A DNA stretch of 64,000 nt. Origin: a virus. Positions 49,546 to 59,932 of this stretch are shown here, piece by piece. The notes below the pieces were generated by a model. It was given only the letters and a program-made list of their open reading frames with translations, searched no databases and was not told where the DNA came from. Where the stretch lies: the IMG/VR virus record IMGVR_UViG_3300010396_000037; one strand, given 5' to 3'. Numbering within the stretch: position 1 is the stretch's first letter; every line of letters starts with the position of its first letter. Made by a program: the position numbers and the translations under genes.

Positions 49546-50094
49546 ATGAAAGCCCATCTATGTATTTTATTCTACATCCTTGGCTGCATTCTCCTGGCGG
49601 CTACTATGACAGCACCTCCTGTCAAGACGCAAGTTTATTCTATCGCAATTCCCAGTATAAAGCCACAATTCGTCAGTGCTCAACTCAACAATTCGGATGA
49701 GATCAATTGTTTAGCACAAGCTATCTATCACGAAGGACGTGGGGAGAGTGCCAAAACTCAAGTTATGATTGCTGAAGTAACCATGAACAGAGCAAAGAAC
49801 GCTTCAACCATGTTTCCTTACTCTATTTGTGGGGTGATACATCAGCGTCGATCAAAAGATGTTTGCCAATACAGTTGGATGTGTGATAAGCATCCAATCA
49901 AAGAAGAAGTCGCTTGGGTTCGGTCCAGAGTATTGGCGCAGTGGTTGTACAAACATTATTATCTAAGGAAAGACATTCCTGACTTGACACAAGGGTCATT
50001 GTATTTTACTACCATTAGAACTCACAGAAATTGGATGGAGTCTATGGATAGGAAAGTTGAATCTGATCACATGAAGTTTCTAGCAGATAATTAG
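49546..50094 (+). CDS. SleB-like cell wall hydrolase
   Basis: CLAQAIYHEGRGE, V.MNR, FP.SICGV..Q, CQYSW.CD; N-terminal signal/TM. Confidence 0.85.
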   Translation: MKAHLCILFYILGCILLAATMTAPPVKTQVYSIAIPSIKPQFVSAQLNNSDEINCLAQAIYHEGRGESAKTQVMIAEVTMNRAKNASTMFPYSICGVIHQRRSKDVCQYSWMCDKHPIKEEVAWVRSRVLAQWLYKHYYLRKDIPDLTQGSLYFTTIRTHRNWMESMDRKVESDHMKFLADN

Positions 50095-50381
50095 GCGTAT
50101 CTATATGATTATGAATAAATTTAAGTTTAAATGGATGGCGATATCCACGCTGTTGTTACTTTTTTCAATAGCAATTGCTATTTACAGTGTAATGACTATT
50201 CAGCAACCTGCTCCAATTGTTACGATGTTGGCAGGTTTCAATGTTGGATTTAGTCTTTTGTTCTGTCATCAAACGTTCACCGATAATTGATTCGTTGCCA
50301 TTTAGACTAGATTAAGTTCTCTTGTAGAAACCAAGGTATAATTACCTCTGGTTGGAATTGTTCTATCTACTGGAGCAAACC

Positions 50382-50834
50382 ATGAAGCTAAGTCAACCGT
50401 TCGGCAAGAACAAGTTCTGTGGGCCGACAGCACTTTCTGTGCTCTCAGGTAAGTCGACTGATGAGTGTGCACTACTAGCCTCTGATAATGGCAGACCTCT
50501 GAAAGCAATGCTCGTCAAGCAGATGGTGGTATCACTGAACAAGCTCGGTATCAAGTTCAAGTGGCAACGCACCCATGATACTAAGTATTATACCAAATTC
50601 AACCGCAGACATCCTTATCCAACATTGAAGATGTGGATGGACACTTGCAGAAAGCCATCTGAAATGGATGAAGTTTTCTTGGTCACTCTGACTAGCCATT
50701 TCATCATAGTTAAGGGAGATCAAGTGATCTGCTCTCAAACAGATAGGCAATGGGTGCCTTTTTCTAAGTATCATAAAAAGGCATCACACGTGCACAATTT
50801 CTTCAAAATCCTCAGTGAAGCGGAATCAATCTAA
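50382..50834 (+). CDS. Early hypothetical protein, papain/C39-like motif
   Basis: FCGPTALSVLSG ... SHFIIV; palindrome-box promoter upstream. Confidence 0.45.
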   Translation: MKLSQPFGKNKFCGPTALSVLSGKSTDECALLASDNGRPLKAMLVKQMVVSLNKLGIKFKWQRTHDTKYYTKFNRRHPYPTLKMWMDTCRKPSEMDEVFLVTLTSHFIIVKGDQVICSQTDRQWVPFSKYHKKASHVHNFFKILSEAESI

Positions 50835-51682
50835 TGTTAACTCCTTGGAAATATAAATCTGGTGTCGAGTTGACTTTTCAACGTTCTTTCGAGGAAGTTT
50901 CATCTTTTCAAAGATGGTCAGAAAGACAATATTTTGGTAGAAGAAATTGTTTACACGCGGATTGTCTTCGTATGAGTCGTGCCGTGCCCAAAGAATTGGT
51001 TTGGAGTGTCACGACTGATCCTGACTGTGTTGAAGTGCCAACCAGGATTTTAGTTTCCTGGAGTGATGCTGAACAAGTTATCAATACTATCTTGGAACAT
51101 GCAAAGAAAAAGAAACTGATTGCTAAAAACAAAGGACTATCTACTGGTGGGGGTGGACATGTACATGTTTCTGGCATGAATGACTTAACCAAGTGTGCTG
51201 TTGTAAGGGATATGCAAAACAGGCCATATGTTCCGTGGTTTTTTGCTGATCCAGATACAACTTCTCAATGCAATTCTGTACATTCAGAGGGTTTTGGATT
51301 GCTATCAGCAGGTTGGAAAACAATTCGTAACGATCCACGTGATTATATTTGGAATGGTAAATTCACACATGTACATATTCATACTCAGGGAACTCTTGAA
51401 TTTCGATTTTTTGATTGTTTTATGGAATATGAACGGTATGAAGAGAGTCTTGCATTTGCGCAGGCTTACGTTAAATGGATTGCTGATAGTTTGATAAGAA
51501 ACAAGAGGTTTAATGTCTTGATCAAAAACAGGAGTGGATTGCTCGCACACTATAATGATTATGTGCGTTGTTTGGAAGAATTTCAAAAACTGATTGAAAC
51601 AATCGGTTTACCATGGGCTCGCTACAAAAGATATATTGATAATCTTGATCAGAGATTTGAAGACATAAATTTGTTGCGGTAA
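50834..51682 (+). CDS. Putative amidoligase (COOH-NH2 ligase fold)
   Basis: GVEL.F, D...VEV.T, GGGHVHVS, TLEFRFF. Confidence 0.6.
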   Translation: MLTPWKYKSGVELTFQRSFEEVSSFQRWSERQYFGRRNCLHADCLRMSRAVPKELVWSVTTDPDCVEVPTRILVSWSDAEQVINTILEHAKKKKLIAKNKGLSTGGGGHVHVSGMNDLTKCAVVRDMQNRPYVPWFFADPDTTSQCNSVHSEGFGLLSAGWKTIRNDPRDYIWNGKFTHVHIHTQGTLEFRFFDCFMEYERYEESLAFAQAYVKWIADSLIRNKRFNVLIKNRSGLLAHYNDYVRCLEEFQKLIETIGLPWARYKRYIDNLDQRFEDINLLR

Positions 51683-51735
51683 TTTTTGAGTGGTATGGTA
51701 TATAATAGCGTGGGTGTTTTTATGAGGAATGGTGA

Positions 51736-52032
51736 ATGAACAAATTGCTGAAGGCGGTTGAGACTTATAAGAGAATGGAAAAAAAAGAAGGAACTGTTCC
51801 ATATCGTGAATTTCGATCACTCGTCATTGAGGAAATGAGAAAAGATCTTGAAATCCCCAACGCCAAATATGGCACCATGGGATGTTATTATGGATGGGCA
51901 AGGAATATTGCAACGAAGCGAAAAGTCAATTTCTATCACAGGTTGGAATCAACCGTGAACAAAACATCTGAACAACGTCATCAAGAACATGAACAGGAGA
52001 CTGCTATCAACGCAGCATTTGCATCATGGTGA
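51736..52032 (+). CDS. Hypothetical protein
   Basis: ORF after a TTTTGA-N11-TATAAT promoter. Confidence 0.5.
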   Translation: MNKLLKAVETYKRMEKKEGTVPYREFRSLVIEEMRKDLEIPNAKYGTMGCYYGWARNIATKRKVNFYHRLESTVNKTSEQRHQEHEQETAINAAFASW

Positions 52033-52148
52033 GGCTTCTATTCCAATTAGGTATCATCTTCTTCACAATGACCTGCTTTATCATCATGTTCTTTTTTGCG
52101 CTTGGATTCCTCATTCAAATGATGGGGACATGAGATGAAGGATAACTA

Positions 52149-53288
52149 ATGTTAACTCTACAAACAATGAAAGAACAGTTCAAAGACGTGAAGTCTGTTA
52201 GATTCATGGAGGATACTGTGCGTGGCGTTACCATTGTCTGTTATATGGTGGATGATCCAGAGTTGTGGAAGCACCCTCTTGGTTTGGAATGCCGTGGATC
52301 AGTATTTGATACCAAGACGGGAAAGTGCCTGTGTCGTCCATTTGAGAAGTTCTTCAATTTCCATGAAATGAGGACGGATTACCAACAGGAAATAATTAAG
52401 CAGATCAATCACAATAGCAGTCAATGTGCGTTCACCAAGAAACGTGATGGCAGTATGATCACGCCTGTTATGTTACCAAATGGTGAACTGGATTTCAAGA
52501 CCAAGAAGTCTTTTGAGTCTGATGTTGCCATATTGGCTAAGGATTACATCAAGACGCTTCCTAACATCTTGGAATGGTGTAAGATTGTTTGCACATCAGG
52601 ATACACGCCAATTTTTGAATTCACGCATCCTGATAGTCAGATTGTGATTGGTTATGGAGACCAACCAACATTGACTCTGTTAGCTGTCCGTCACATCAAC
52701 TCTGGTCATTACACTCCAAATTTTTGGAATATGCCTGGTCCAATGGATGTTGATAGAAATGTGTTTGTATGTAATTTAGACCTAGAAAGAGCACAACGTC
52801 AAACAGAAGGTGAAGAAGGTTGGGTATTGGAATGGACTGATCCAGTATCTTTGAATTCTACACGCGTAAAATTTAAGACACAATGGTACATTGATCGTCA
52901 TCGTTTGCTTGATTTGCGTGAACGTGATGTTGCTGATGCAGTCATTGAAGACAAGATTGATGACTTGCGTGAAAGCATGATTGCGGCTGGTGCTGATTTG
53001 GAAACACTGTATGCAGTCCAACAGCGAGTTGTTGGTGAATTGGTATACTTGATGGATATTTCTGTGAAGCTTCTGGATGAAGCAAAGAGCAATGATGAAA
53101 GCAAGAAAGGTGTAGCTCTGTTTGCCATACAACATGGAAAAGAATTTATGCCAGTCATAATGGCTTTGCATGAAGGAAATGAATCCAAGGCTGAAAGGAA
53201 CAACAAGAAACTTTGGGAGAAGCATTTTAGGGATGGATACAAATTAAGATCTATCGTTAACAACAAATTTGGAGAACAAGATGAGTGA
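52149..53288 (+). CDS. rnlA: RNA ligase 1 (T4 RnlA-like)
   Basis: ECRG.VF, RPFEKFFN, KRDGSMI, TPIFEF, EGWV, KFKT.WY. Confidence 0.88.
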   Translation: MLTLQTMKEQFKDVKSVRFMEDTVRGVTIVCYMVDDPELWKHPLGLECRGSVFDTKTGKCLCRPFEKFFNFHEMRTDYQQEIIKQINHNSSQCAFTKKRDGSMITPVMLPNGELDFKTKKSFESDVAILAKDYIKTLPNILEWCKIVCTSGYTPIFEFTHPDSQIVIGYGDQPTLTLLAVRHINSGHYTPNFWNMPGPMDVDRNVFVCNLDLERAQRQTEGEEGWVLEWTDPVSLNSTRVKFKTQWYIDRHRLLDLRERDVADAVIEDKIDDLRESMIAAGADLETLYAVQQRVVGELVYLMDISVKLLDEAKSNDESKKGVALFAIQHGKEFMPVIMALHEGNESKAERNNKKLWEKHFRDGYKLRSIVNNKFGEQDE

Positions 53289-53574
53289 AAACAAAATAGA
53301 AGAGTTTAAGAAGAATCCATTTCAATATGGTTCCCAAGAAACCAGGGATGCAATTCTACAGCATCTTGCTGTTTTCTTTCTAGGATTCAATGATTTATGG
53401 ATGTTGTTACATGATAGGAAGTTATCTAAAGAAGAAATTGTTGATGCTGCTGATAGTATGGAAGTGTTGAGGATGACGACTAATGCACTCATAGAGGAAT
53501 GTATTGACTCAGACCTAGAATTATCCGGTCTGGTAAAACAACTTGCTATCCAGCAGAGAAACGAATTGAACTGA
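53281..53574 (+). CDS. Hypothetical protein
   Basis: ORF with GGAG RBS between rnlA and pseT. Confidence 0.5.
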   Translation: MSENKIEEFKKNPFQYGSQETRDAILQHLAVFFLGFNDLWMLLHDRKLSKEEIVDAADSMEVLRMTTNALIEECIDSDLELSGLVKQLAIQQRNELN

Positions 53575-53585
53575 AAGGAAATATC

Positions 53586-54569
53586 ATGGCCGTTGTAAAA
53601 TTGCCAGTGGAACATGTTTCCGCTGAATGGATGGGCAAAGAAGAAGAAACTTTGTTTGATGTGAACGAACACCACGTGATTTTCACGGTTGGCGTGAGTG
53701 CCAGTGGAAAGACGACCTGGTCTGAACAATTTGCTAAAAGTCACCCAAATTGGGTTGTCATTAGTCGTGATTATGCTCGCGCGGACCTTTTATCTCCTGG
53801 TAAGTTTAGTTGGACAGCATGGAAGAAGCGTGGTTCTCGTGGTGAGAAGGAAGTCAATTTTTTAGTTGAGTCGGCCATAGATATGGCTATCCGTCGTGGG
53901 ATAGACGTGATCATTGCTGACACCAATCTGTCTCCTAACAATTTCAATTCATTGGCTGCAAAATTTCGTGATCATGGCTATGTTGTTCATTTCAAGTTCT
54001 TTCCAATAGACTGGAAGACTGCTGTGGAACGCGACAACGCGCGTCTGAATGGCGTGGGTGTGTCCGTGATCTCTGCACAGTTCGAGAAACTGCATAAGTT
54101 GGAGCGTCAAAAATCAAAATTGCATTCACGTGGTGGATATCAAGCCATTCTGTGTGATATTGATGGAACGTTAGCGCATATGGTATCACGCGGTCCTTAT
54201 GATTACAGCGATGAAGCGATCGCTACGGATGCCATTGATGAAGATGTTCGTGAAATTCTAGCGAGCATGGCCCACCGTGGTTTCAAGATCATTATCGTTA
54301 GTGGGCGTGATGGAGTATGTAGGGAAGCTACTCATAAGTGGCTGACCAAGTATTTGACTGAACAAATTGGAATTCAATTCAGTCATTACCAACGCGCGGA
54401 AGGCGACAAGCGTCCTGATGACCAGATCAAAGAAGAACTGCTTCATAAGATCATTGAAGATGGTTTTGACCCGATAATGGTGTTTGATGACCGTCCGAGA
54501 GTCTGCCGTATGTGGCGTCGTCTGGGATTGAAAGTGTTTCAGGTCGGCAATCCATACATCGAGTTCTAA
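53586..54569 (+). CDS. pseT: Polynucleotide 5'-kinase/3'-phosphatase
   Basis: GVSASGKTT, SRD..R, DTNL; CDIDGTLA, VSGR, FDDRP.V. Confidence 0.92.
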   Translation: MAVVKLPVEHVSAEWMGKEEETLFDVNEHHVIFTVGVSASGKTTWSEQFAKSHPNWVVISRDYARADLLSPGKFSWTAWKKRGSRGEKEVNFLVESAIDMAIRRGIDVIIADTNLSPNNFNSLAAKFRDHGYVVHFKFFPIDWKTAVERDNARLNGVGVSVISAQFEKLHKLERQKSKLHSRGGYQAILCDIDGTLAHMVSRGPYDYSDEAIATDAIDEDVREILASMAHRGFKIIIVSGRDGVCREATHKWLTKYLTEQIGIQFSHYQRAEGDKRPDDQIKEELLHKIIEDGFDPIMVFDDRPRVCRMWRRLGLKVFQVGNPYIEF

Positions 54570-54570
54570 T

Positions 54571-55310
54571 ATGACTGTTCAAAGTACATTTATTACAACA
54601 GACAATGTTCAAGACTGGCGTTTGATTGAACATGTAGATGAAGGTAGTATAATTATTCACCCTTTGATAGCTTGGAAATTGCGTGGGATTGATGCTCCCG
54701 CAATCCCTATCACTGCAGCTGGTGGTCCAAGAATTATAACCAATGAGACAGTTTGGTTTCTTTTCAACATCAAAACTAAAACTTTCTATGGAATGGACGA
54801 ATCTGGATGCTGGTACAAGCATCAGTTGCCAGATATTACAGTAGCCAGCGTCACAGCTATCCAAAAACATGCTTTAAGTGTTTGTAAATCAACAAATCCA
54901 ATTTTTGAATAATCATGAGTTATAAACATCAGAAGAGAGCCAGAAAGGAAACCATCTTGGCTGAACGCAATGTTAGACGTGCGGTTCGATTGTCTAGGAT
55001 AGCGAAACCTTACAAGCGGCCAGCTTTCACTCCTATGTCTGTTGATTCCGTCGTGATTCAACGTCTTGAAAAATGGAATACAATCTCAAAACAAGAGCGT
55101 GAGGAATATCCAAGTTTGAATTTAGAAACGTCACTGAAGCAAGAAGTGATTGTAGAACATGATGATGAATATTTGCGACGTGAAGAAGCAGCCAGGAAGA
55201 TATCAGAAGAAAGGAAGAAGATGGTAGCTCCTCTTTACAACAAAGGTGGCTATCAGTACATAGGTGACGCTCCAAAAGAAATCATCCAGAACCTTGGAAG
55301 GAAAGTATGA
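54571..55310 (+). CDS. Two hypothetical genes (54571-54912, 54915-55310)
   Basis: ORFs; the second has the APLYNKG.YQY motif conserved in T4-like phages. Confidence 0.5.
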
Positions 55311-55395
55311 CATGAAAATCAAACTAGCAATTTTGTTGTTCGCCATAGTATCCTTGTCCGCTTGTACAAACCAACCTGTAATTCAGGAGTAAAGA

Positions 55396-56112
55396 ATGTT
55401 CAAAACGATTGAAGAGTGCCAAGTAGAACTCATTGCACATACCAAGTCAGATAGAGTCAAACGTGATCCAGTTAATCTACAAAACTATGTGGAGTCAGAC
55501 ATGGATCATTTCCCTGCGCAAGCAGCGAGAGTCAGCTTTAACAACGATCAGACTGTATATGATGTGCAGAAGGATCAGAAACTTATTAATTATCTTGCAG
55601 CGCATGAACACTTAACTCCTTTTGAATACCAACATGCTACATTGATGATTGAATGCCCACTGTTTATTCGCAGCCAGATTCATCGCCATCGAACATTCAG
55701 CTACAATGAAATCAGTCGTCGTTACACCAGTGATGATCTTGACTTCTGGATTCCAACAGATTGGCACAAGCAGGCTATCAAAGACAAGCAAGGAAGCGAT
55801 GGTAACCTTCTAGAAGATGATCAAGATGCATTCCTGGACAGTGTTTATAAACAACAGTGCCTGACTGCTCTCGGTATCTACAACATTCTGATTGAGAATG
55901 AAGTTGCGCGTGAACAGGCACGTGCAGTTCTACCGCAGAGTCTGATGACTCGGTTCTACATGGCCGGCAATTTGAGGAATTGGGCGCACTTCTTGCAATT
56001 ACGTTTAGACTCTCACGCACAAGCTGAAATTCAAGTCATCGCGCATAAGTGCCATGTAATCTTGAACGAATTGTGGCCAACATCTTTGTCAGCTCTTATG
56101 AAGAAGAAATGA
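55396..56112 (+). CDS. thyX: Flavin-dependent thymidylate synthase
   Basis: AARVSF, H.TPFE, QIHRHRTFSYNEISRRY, REQARAVLP, LR..SHAQ.EI. Confidence 0.93.
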   Translation: MFKTIEECQVELIAHTKSDRVKRDPVNLQNYVESDMDHFPAQAARVSFNNDQTVYDVQKDQKLINYLAAHEHLTPFEYQHATLMIECPLFIRSQIHRHRTFSYNEISRRYTSDDLDFWIPTDWHKQAIKDKQGSDGNLLEDDQDAFLDSVYKQQCLTALGIYNILIENEVAREQARAVLPQSLMTRFYMAGNLRNWAHFLQLRLDSHAQAEIQVIAHKCHVILNELWPTSLSALMKKK

Positions 56113-56219
56113 ATATAAACATCAAGACTTGATCTGAAATATGACATCATTGTAATTTAACATCTATTAAGTTTGAACATCATCTAAACGGTATAATAAT
56201 TGAATGCAAGGAGACAACT

Positions 56220-56510
56220 ATGAATAGTGTCAATGACTTGGCTTGGGAAGCTGCTGCCAATGTCTGGAAGAAAGCTGATGCAGCTCTAGCCGCAGCCAAG
56301 AAGGCTGAAGATGATGCTCGACAAACTCTAATCGCCATGGCACCCGCTGGACATAAGGGAGCTGGAATTGAATTGGTTCGAGTTATCTCTGAAGGGAGTG
56401 TTTCCTACAAAGCTGTTCTTGATGAGTTGTTGCCTGACTTGGATGTTAGCAAGTGGCGTGGTGAGCCATCAACTTCTTACCGTATACTCAAGGATAAGAA
56501 AGACCAATGA
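56220..56510 (+). CDS. Early hypothetical protein
   Basis: Palindrome-box promoter and AGGAG RBS. Confidence 0.55.
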   Translation: MNSVNDLAWEAAANVWKKADAALAAAKKAEDDARQTLIAMAPAGHKGAGIELVRVISEGSVSYKAVLDELLPDLDVSKWRGEPSTSYRILKDKKDQ

Positions 56511-57271
56511 AATTTCGCCTCTGGTCTGACGTGCATTGTGATTTCGGTCCTCCTGAAGTTATTCACACTCTCAAGGATGACAAAGAAACAGTGCTGATAA
56601 TTGCTGGTGACTGGGCCACGCGTGGACAGCCTCACACGGAAATTCTAGAAGAACTATGCAAGCGTTTTAAATTCGTCTTGTTCGTAGCTGGCAATCATGA
56701 CTACTGGGGTTCAACCATTGATGAAGTGGATGAATTTTGGAAGAAATTCCAAAACAAGCATAAGAATTTTCGTTACTTGAATCCTGGAATCATATATATT
56801 GATGATGTAGCAGTCATTGGTGCAACTCTCTGGACAGACTGCGAGCATGGTGATCTGGGCAAACTCGAATTGATGCGGCAGTACATGTCGCCTGATTTTT
56901 CCTTCATCCATGACTTTAAGCAAAGACCTTACACGTGGATTGCCAAAAACGCTGATCACAAGTACTTCATCCGGGAACAATTGTACCAAAACTACAATGA
57001 TGACAAAGTTCTGGTTGTAACGCATCATGCACCACACGCACATTGCGACCCGGCTCATCCATTCAATCCTGGGTTCTGTTGTTCAAATATGGATGATCTG
57101 ATTGATCCTAGATTTGTGCATACATGGGTTTTTGGTCATACACACGTGCCAGTTGATTTTGAACTGAATGGCGTTAGAATGATTTCTAATCCACGTGGCT
57201 ACAAGGGATGTGAGTTACTGGCTAAAGTTTGGGATGAAAATGCATTAGATGCTATGATTTTCGAGATTTGA
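56507..57271 (+). CDS. Calcineurin-like metallophosphoesterase
   Basis: SDVH, AGD, GNHDYW, THHAP, FGHTH, NPRGY. Confidence 0.88.
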   Translation: MKFRLWSDVHCDFGPPEVIHTLKDDKETVLIIAGDWATRGQPHTEILEELCKRFKFVLFVAGNHDYWGSTIDEVDEFWKKFQNKHKNFRYLNPGIIYIDDVAVIGATLWTDCEHGDLGKLELMRQYMSPDFSFIHDFKQRPYTWIAKNADHKYFIREQLYQNYNDDKVLVVTHHAPHAHCDPAHPFNPGFCCSNMDDLIDPRFVHTWVFGHTHVPVDFELNGVRMISNPRGYKGCELLAKVWDENALDAMIFEI

Positions 57272-57283
57272 TGGAGTAGTGAT

Positions 57284-57682
57284 ATGTGCTTAACTATCAA
57301 TACATTTACCCATGAAAAGACTCTTGTTGTTGATCATCGCTATCGTGTTGTTACTAAATGTTTTCCTAAAGTAATAGAAGAAGACATGACCGTCTTTAAG
57401 TGTGTGCATACAGATGGCAAAGCGGAATATCAGAAGTTCTGGTATGATCCTAACACACTCTACAAGAAAAGAAAGTTACGACCAACCAAGGAAGCCGTGT
57501 ATGGCGCAGGTTTTCACGCCTACACGTCATCGCCAGTGAGGGTTTACAAGAACCGCATGGTGATAATGGCAACTATTCCAAAAGGCTCTACTGTTTTCTT
57601 TGGAGTTGATGGGGATGTTGTAACCAATGCACTTAAAACTTTAGAATTTCCAAAGAGATATAAGGGTCATGACAGAACGTAA
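57284..57682 (+). CDS. Hypothetical protein
   Basis: MCL start, GFHAY, IPKGS motifs that recur in phage proteins. Confidence 0.5.
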   Translation: MCLTINTFTHEKTLVVDHRYRVVTKCFPKVIEEDMTVFKCVHTDGKAEYQKFWYDPNTLYKKRKLRPTKEAVYGAGFHAYTSSPVRVYKNRMVIMATIPKGSTVFFGVDGDVVTNALKTLEFPKRYKGHDRT

Positions 57683-58706
57683 ACTTGTAACCATTCGTAC
57701 AATCAGCGAATTGAAACCCATACCCAAGGCCGACACTATAGAGTGCGCCAAGGTTGATGGCTGGAAAGTGGTTGTAAAGAAAGGTGAATTTCAAGTTGGA
57801 GACAAATGTGTCTTCATTGAAATCGACAGCGTTGTGCCTGATACGTCACCTTTCAAGTTCTTGATTGATAAACAAGGTAAGACTTTCTATAATGGTAAGT
57901 TTGGCGCTCGTGTTAAGACCATTCGTTTGCGCGGACAATTGTCACAGGGTCTGGCGCTGCCAATCAATTCATTTCATTTGGTTGATTTGGGTGGTGATAT
58001 AACTGCTAACCTGGATATCTGGAAATATGATCCGCCACCACCTGCTGAATTGGCAGGTAAGGTTGCAGGCAATTGGCCATCTTGGTTGCAGAAAACAGAC
58101 CAAGAAAGGATTCAAAACATTGACCCATCTGAATTGACTGGAACTTATGCAGTTGAGGAGAAAATGGATGGTACATCTATGTCAGTGTGGATTGATGAAC
58201 ACGGAGTTCTAGGTGTTGGTACCAAGAGCATGTCTCTGAAAATAGATGACGCAGTAAATGACGGCAATACGTATGTCCGCATGGCGCATGATAGCGGCAT
58301 GTTGAAGTGGCTATCAACTCATGTTTTGCCTCAGGATGCTCCATTTGCTATTCAGGGTGAATTGTGTGGACCAGGGGTTCAAGGTAATCCTTACAAATTA
58401 GACCGAGCAGCTTTCTTTGCTTTCGACATTTTTGCACCACGCAAGGGAGGCAAATTGCCAGAAGGTGAACGTGATAATATTATTGAAGCAATGCAACTGG
58501 ATGGAGTCAGAATCGACACGGTGCCATTCATTTGTTACTGCGATCTGGACGAAATTACAGGAAACAAGATAGAGTTTCTATTGGCAGAAGCTGATGATAA
58601 AAGTCTTGTTTCTGATGTTTCGCGTGAAGGAATAGTGTTGAAGGACGTGGCTGACGGGAATAAATCTTTCAAATGTATTAGCAACAAATACCTTGAAAAT
58701 CAATAA
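57669..58706 (+). CDS. RNA ligase, DRB0094 (Rnl5) family
   Basis: RKLVTIR.I..L.PI..AD.IE, RLRGQLSQGL, KTDQERIQN, EKMDGTS, QGELCGPG.QGN, REGIV.K, FK.ISN.YL. Confidence 0.88.
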   Translation: MTERKLVTIRTISELKPIPKADTIECAKVDGWKVVVKKGEFQVGDKCVFIEIDSVVPDTSPFKFLIDKQGKTFYNGKFGARVKTIRLRGQLSQGLALPINSFHLVDLGGDITANLDIWKYDPPPPAELAGKVAGNWPSWLQKTDQERIQNIDPSELTGTYAVEEKMDGTSMSVWIDEHGVLGVGTKSMSLKIDDAVNDGNTYVRMAHDSGMLKWLSTHVLPQDAPFAIQGELCGPGVQGNPYKLDRAAFFAFDIFAPRKGGKLPEGERDNIIEAMQLDGVRIDTVPFICYCDLDEITGNKIEFLLAEADDKSLVSDVSREGIVLKDVADGNKSFKCISNKYLENQ

Positions 58707-58801
58707 AGTAAAATTTACTTATTTAACAACGGTTAACGCTACTAATCAAAAACTCATATAGTATTTTTTCTGCAGGGGAATTACCTGTAAGGAGAAGTAC
58801 C

Positions 58802-59776
58802 ATGAATGTCACTGTTGAAAGTCTGCAAAAGGAAATCCCGGAAAAGAAACTCGTGGGTAATGTAGCCTATGTTCTACAGGCACCATGGGATCAGCCGGAT
58901 TTTGCCAAAGAAACATCTTTGGAGAAAAGGATCAAGTCAGCTGGCCTGGATTGGAGAGCGGAGTCCTCAACCCTGCACTACTTTAATAGTAAAGGAACTG
59001 CATTGGTCCCGGGACGTATGGCATTGTTCCGGTCCGACAATGGAAAGTTTCTTGGAGCAGTTGGAGAGAATTACAAAGTCGTGCAACCCAAAGAAGTCAT
59101 TGAGTTTTATGAGAACTTGATTGCCAACTTTGGGTTTGAAATGGAAGCGGCTGGTTCTTTCTCTGAAGGCAAAAGGATTTGGGCTCTGGCCAATACCAAG
59201 AACGTCATGACATTGGATGGGGATGAAAGCAAGATGTATCTTTTGCTCGCTACCTCCTTCGACGGAAGCATGGCAACTCATGTTCGACTGACTAGCATTC
59301 GAGTCGCGAGTGAAAGCAGTCTGAATGTTGCGGTGGATGAAAAGATCCTCGCCAGAGATGTGATCAAAGTCATGCACAGCCAATCCTTTGATGCTGAAAA
59401 GGTCAAGCACCAACTCGCTATCGAGAAGCGGTGGGCCAAATTTCAGAAAACAGCGAAGAAGATGGTTGAGCATAAGATATCAGAAGACAAAGCGATAGAG
59501 TATCTGTCGAATGTCTATGATATCCATGAAGGTGTCAAGGGCGTGAGGCGGACTCGGTTCCTAAATGCAATGGAATTCAGTCTGAATGAAGCTCCTGGCG
59601 CCAACCTCGCAACCGCAAAAGGAACTCTATGGGGAGCAGTCAATGCGGTTAGCTTCGACATAGATCACAGGAAGCGTAGGAATGAAAACACGCGCGCGGA
59701 ACTCGCCATGATTGGGTATGGTAACGCGACCAAGGAAAAGGCATGGAAGTTGGCTGAACGGCTCCTGGCGGCATAG
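58802..59776 (+). CDS. DUF932 (LGT_TIGR03299-like) protein, divergent copy
   Basis: YKVVQP.EV..FY, ME.AG....GKRIWALA, YLLLATSFDGSM.T, GTLWG.VNAV. Confidence 0.8.
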   Translation: MNVTVESLQKEIPEKKLVGNVAYVLQAPWDQPDFAKETSLEKRIKSAGLDWRAESSTLHYFNSKGTALVPGRMALFRSDNGKFLGAVGENYKVVQPKEVIEFYENLIANFGFEMEAAGSFSEGKRIWALANTKNVMTLDGDESKMYLLLATSFDGSMATHVRLTSIRVASESSLNVAVDEKILARDVIKVMHSQSFDAEKVKHQLAIEKRWAKFQKTAKKMVEHKISEDKAIEYLSNVYDIHEGVKGVRRTRFLNAMEFSLNEAPGANLATAKGTLWGAVNAVSFDIDHRKRRNENTRAELAMIGYGNATKEKAWKLAERLLAA

Positions 59777-59798
59777 TAATATGCAACCATGGGGAAGC

Positions 59799-59839
59799 AA
59801 AGAGGCCAGCTGCCCTCCCCTGCACTGGCCTCTTTTTTT
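59799..59839 (+). terminator. Rho-independent terminator
   Basis: AAAGAGGCCAG...CTGGCCTCTTT followed by a T run. Confidence 0.75.
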
Positions 59840-59932
59840 GCGTCTAAAATGCTGTTTAACATCGGTTAAGTTTTCTTCAGGAAGTGGGCGTATAATATTC
59901 CTTGTTGGATCAAGTCCTACTGGAGACCTGAA

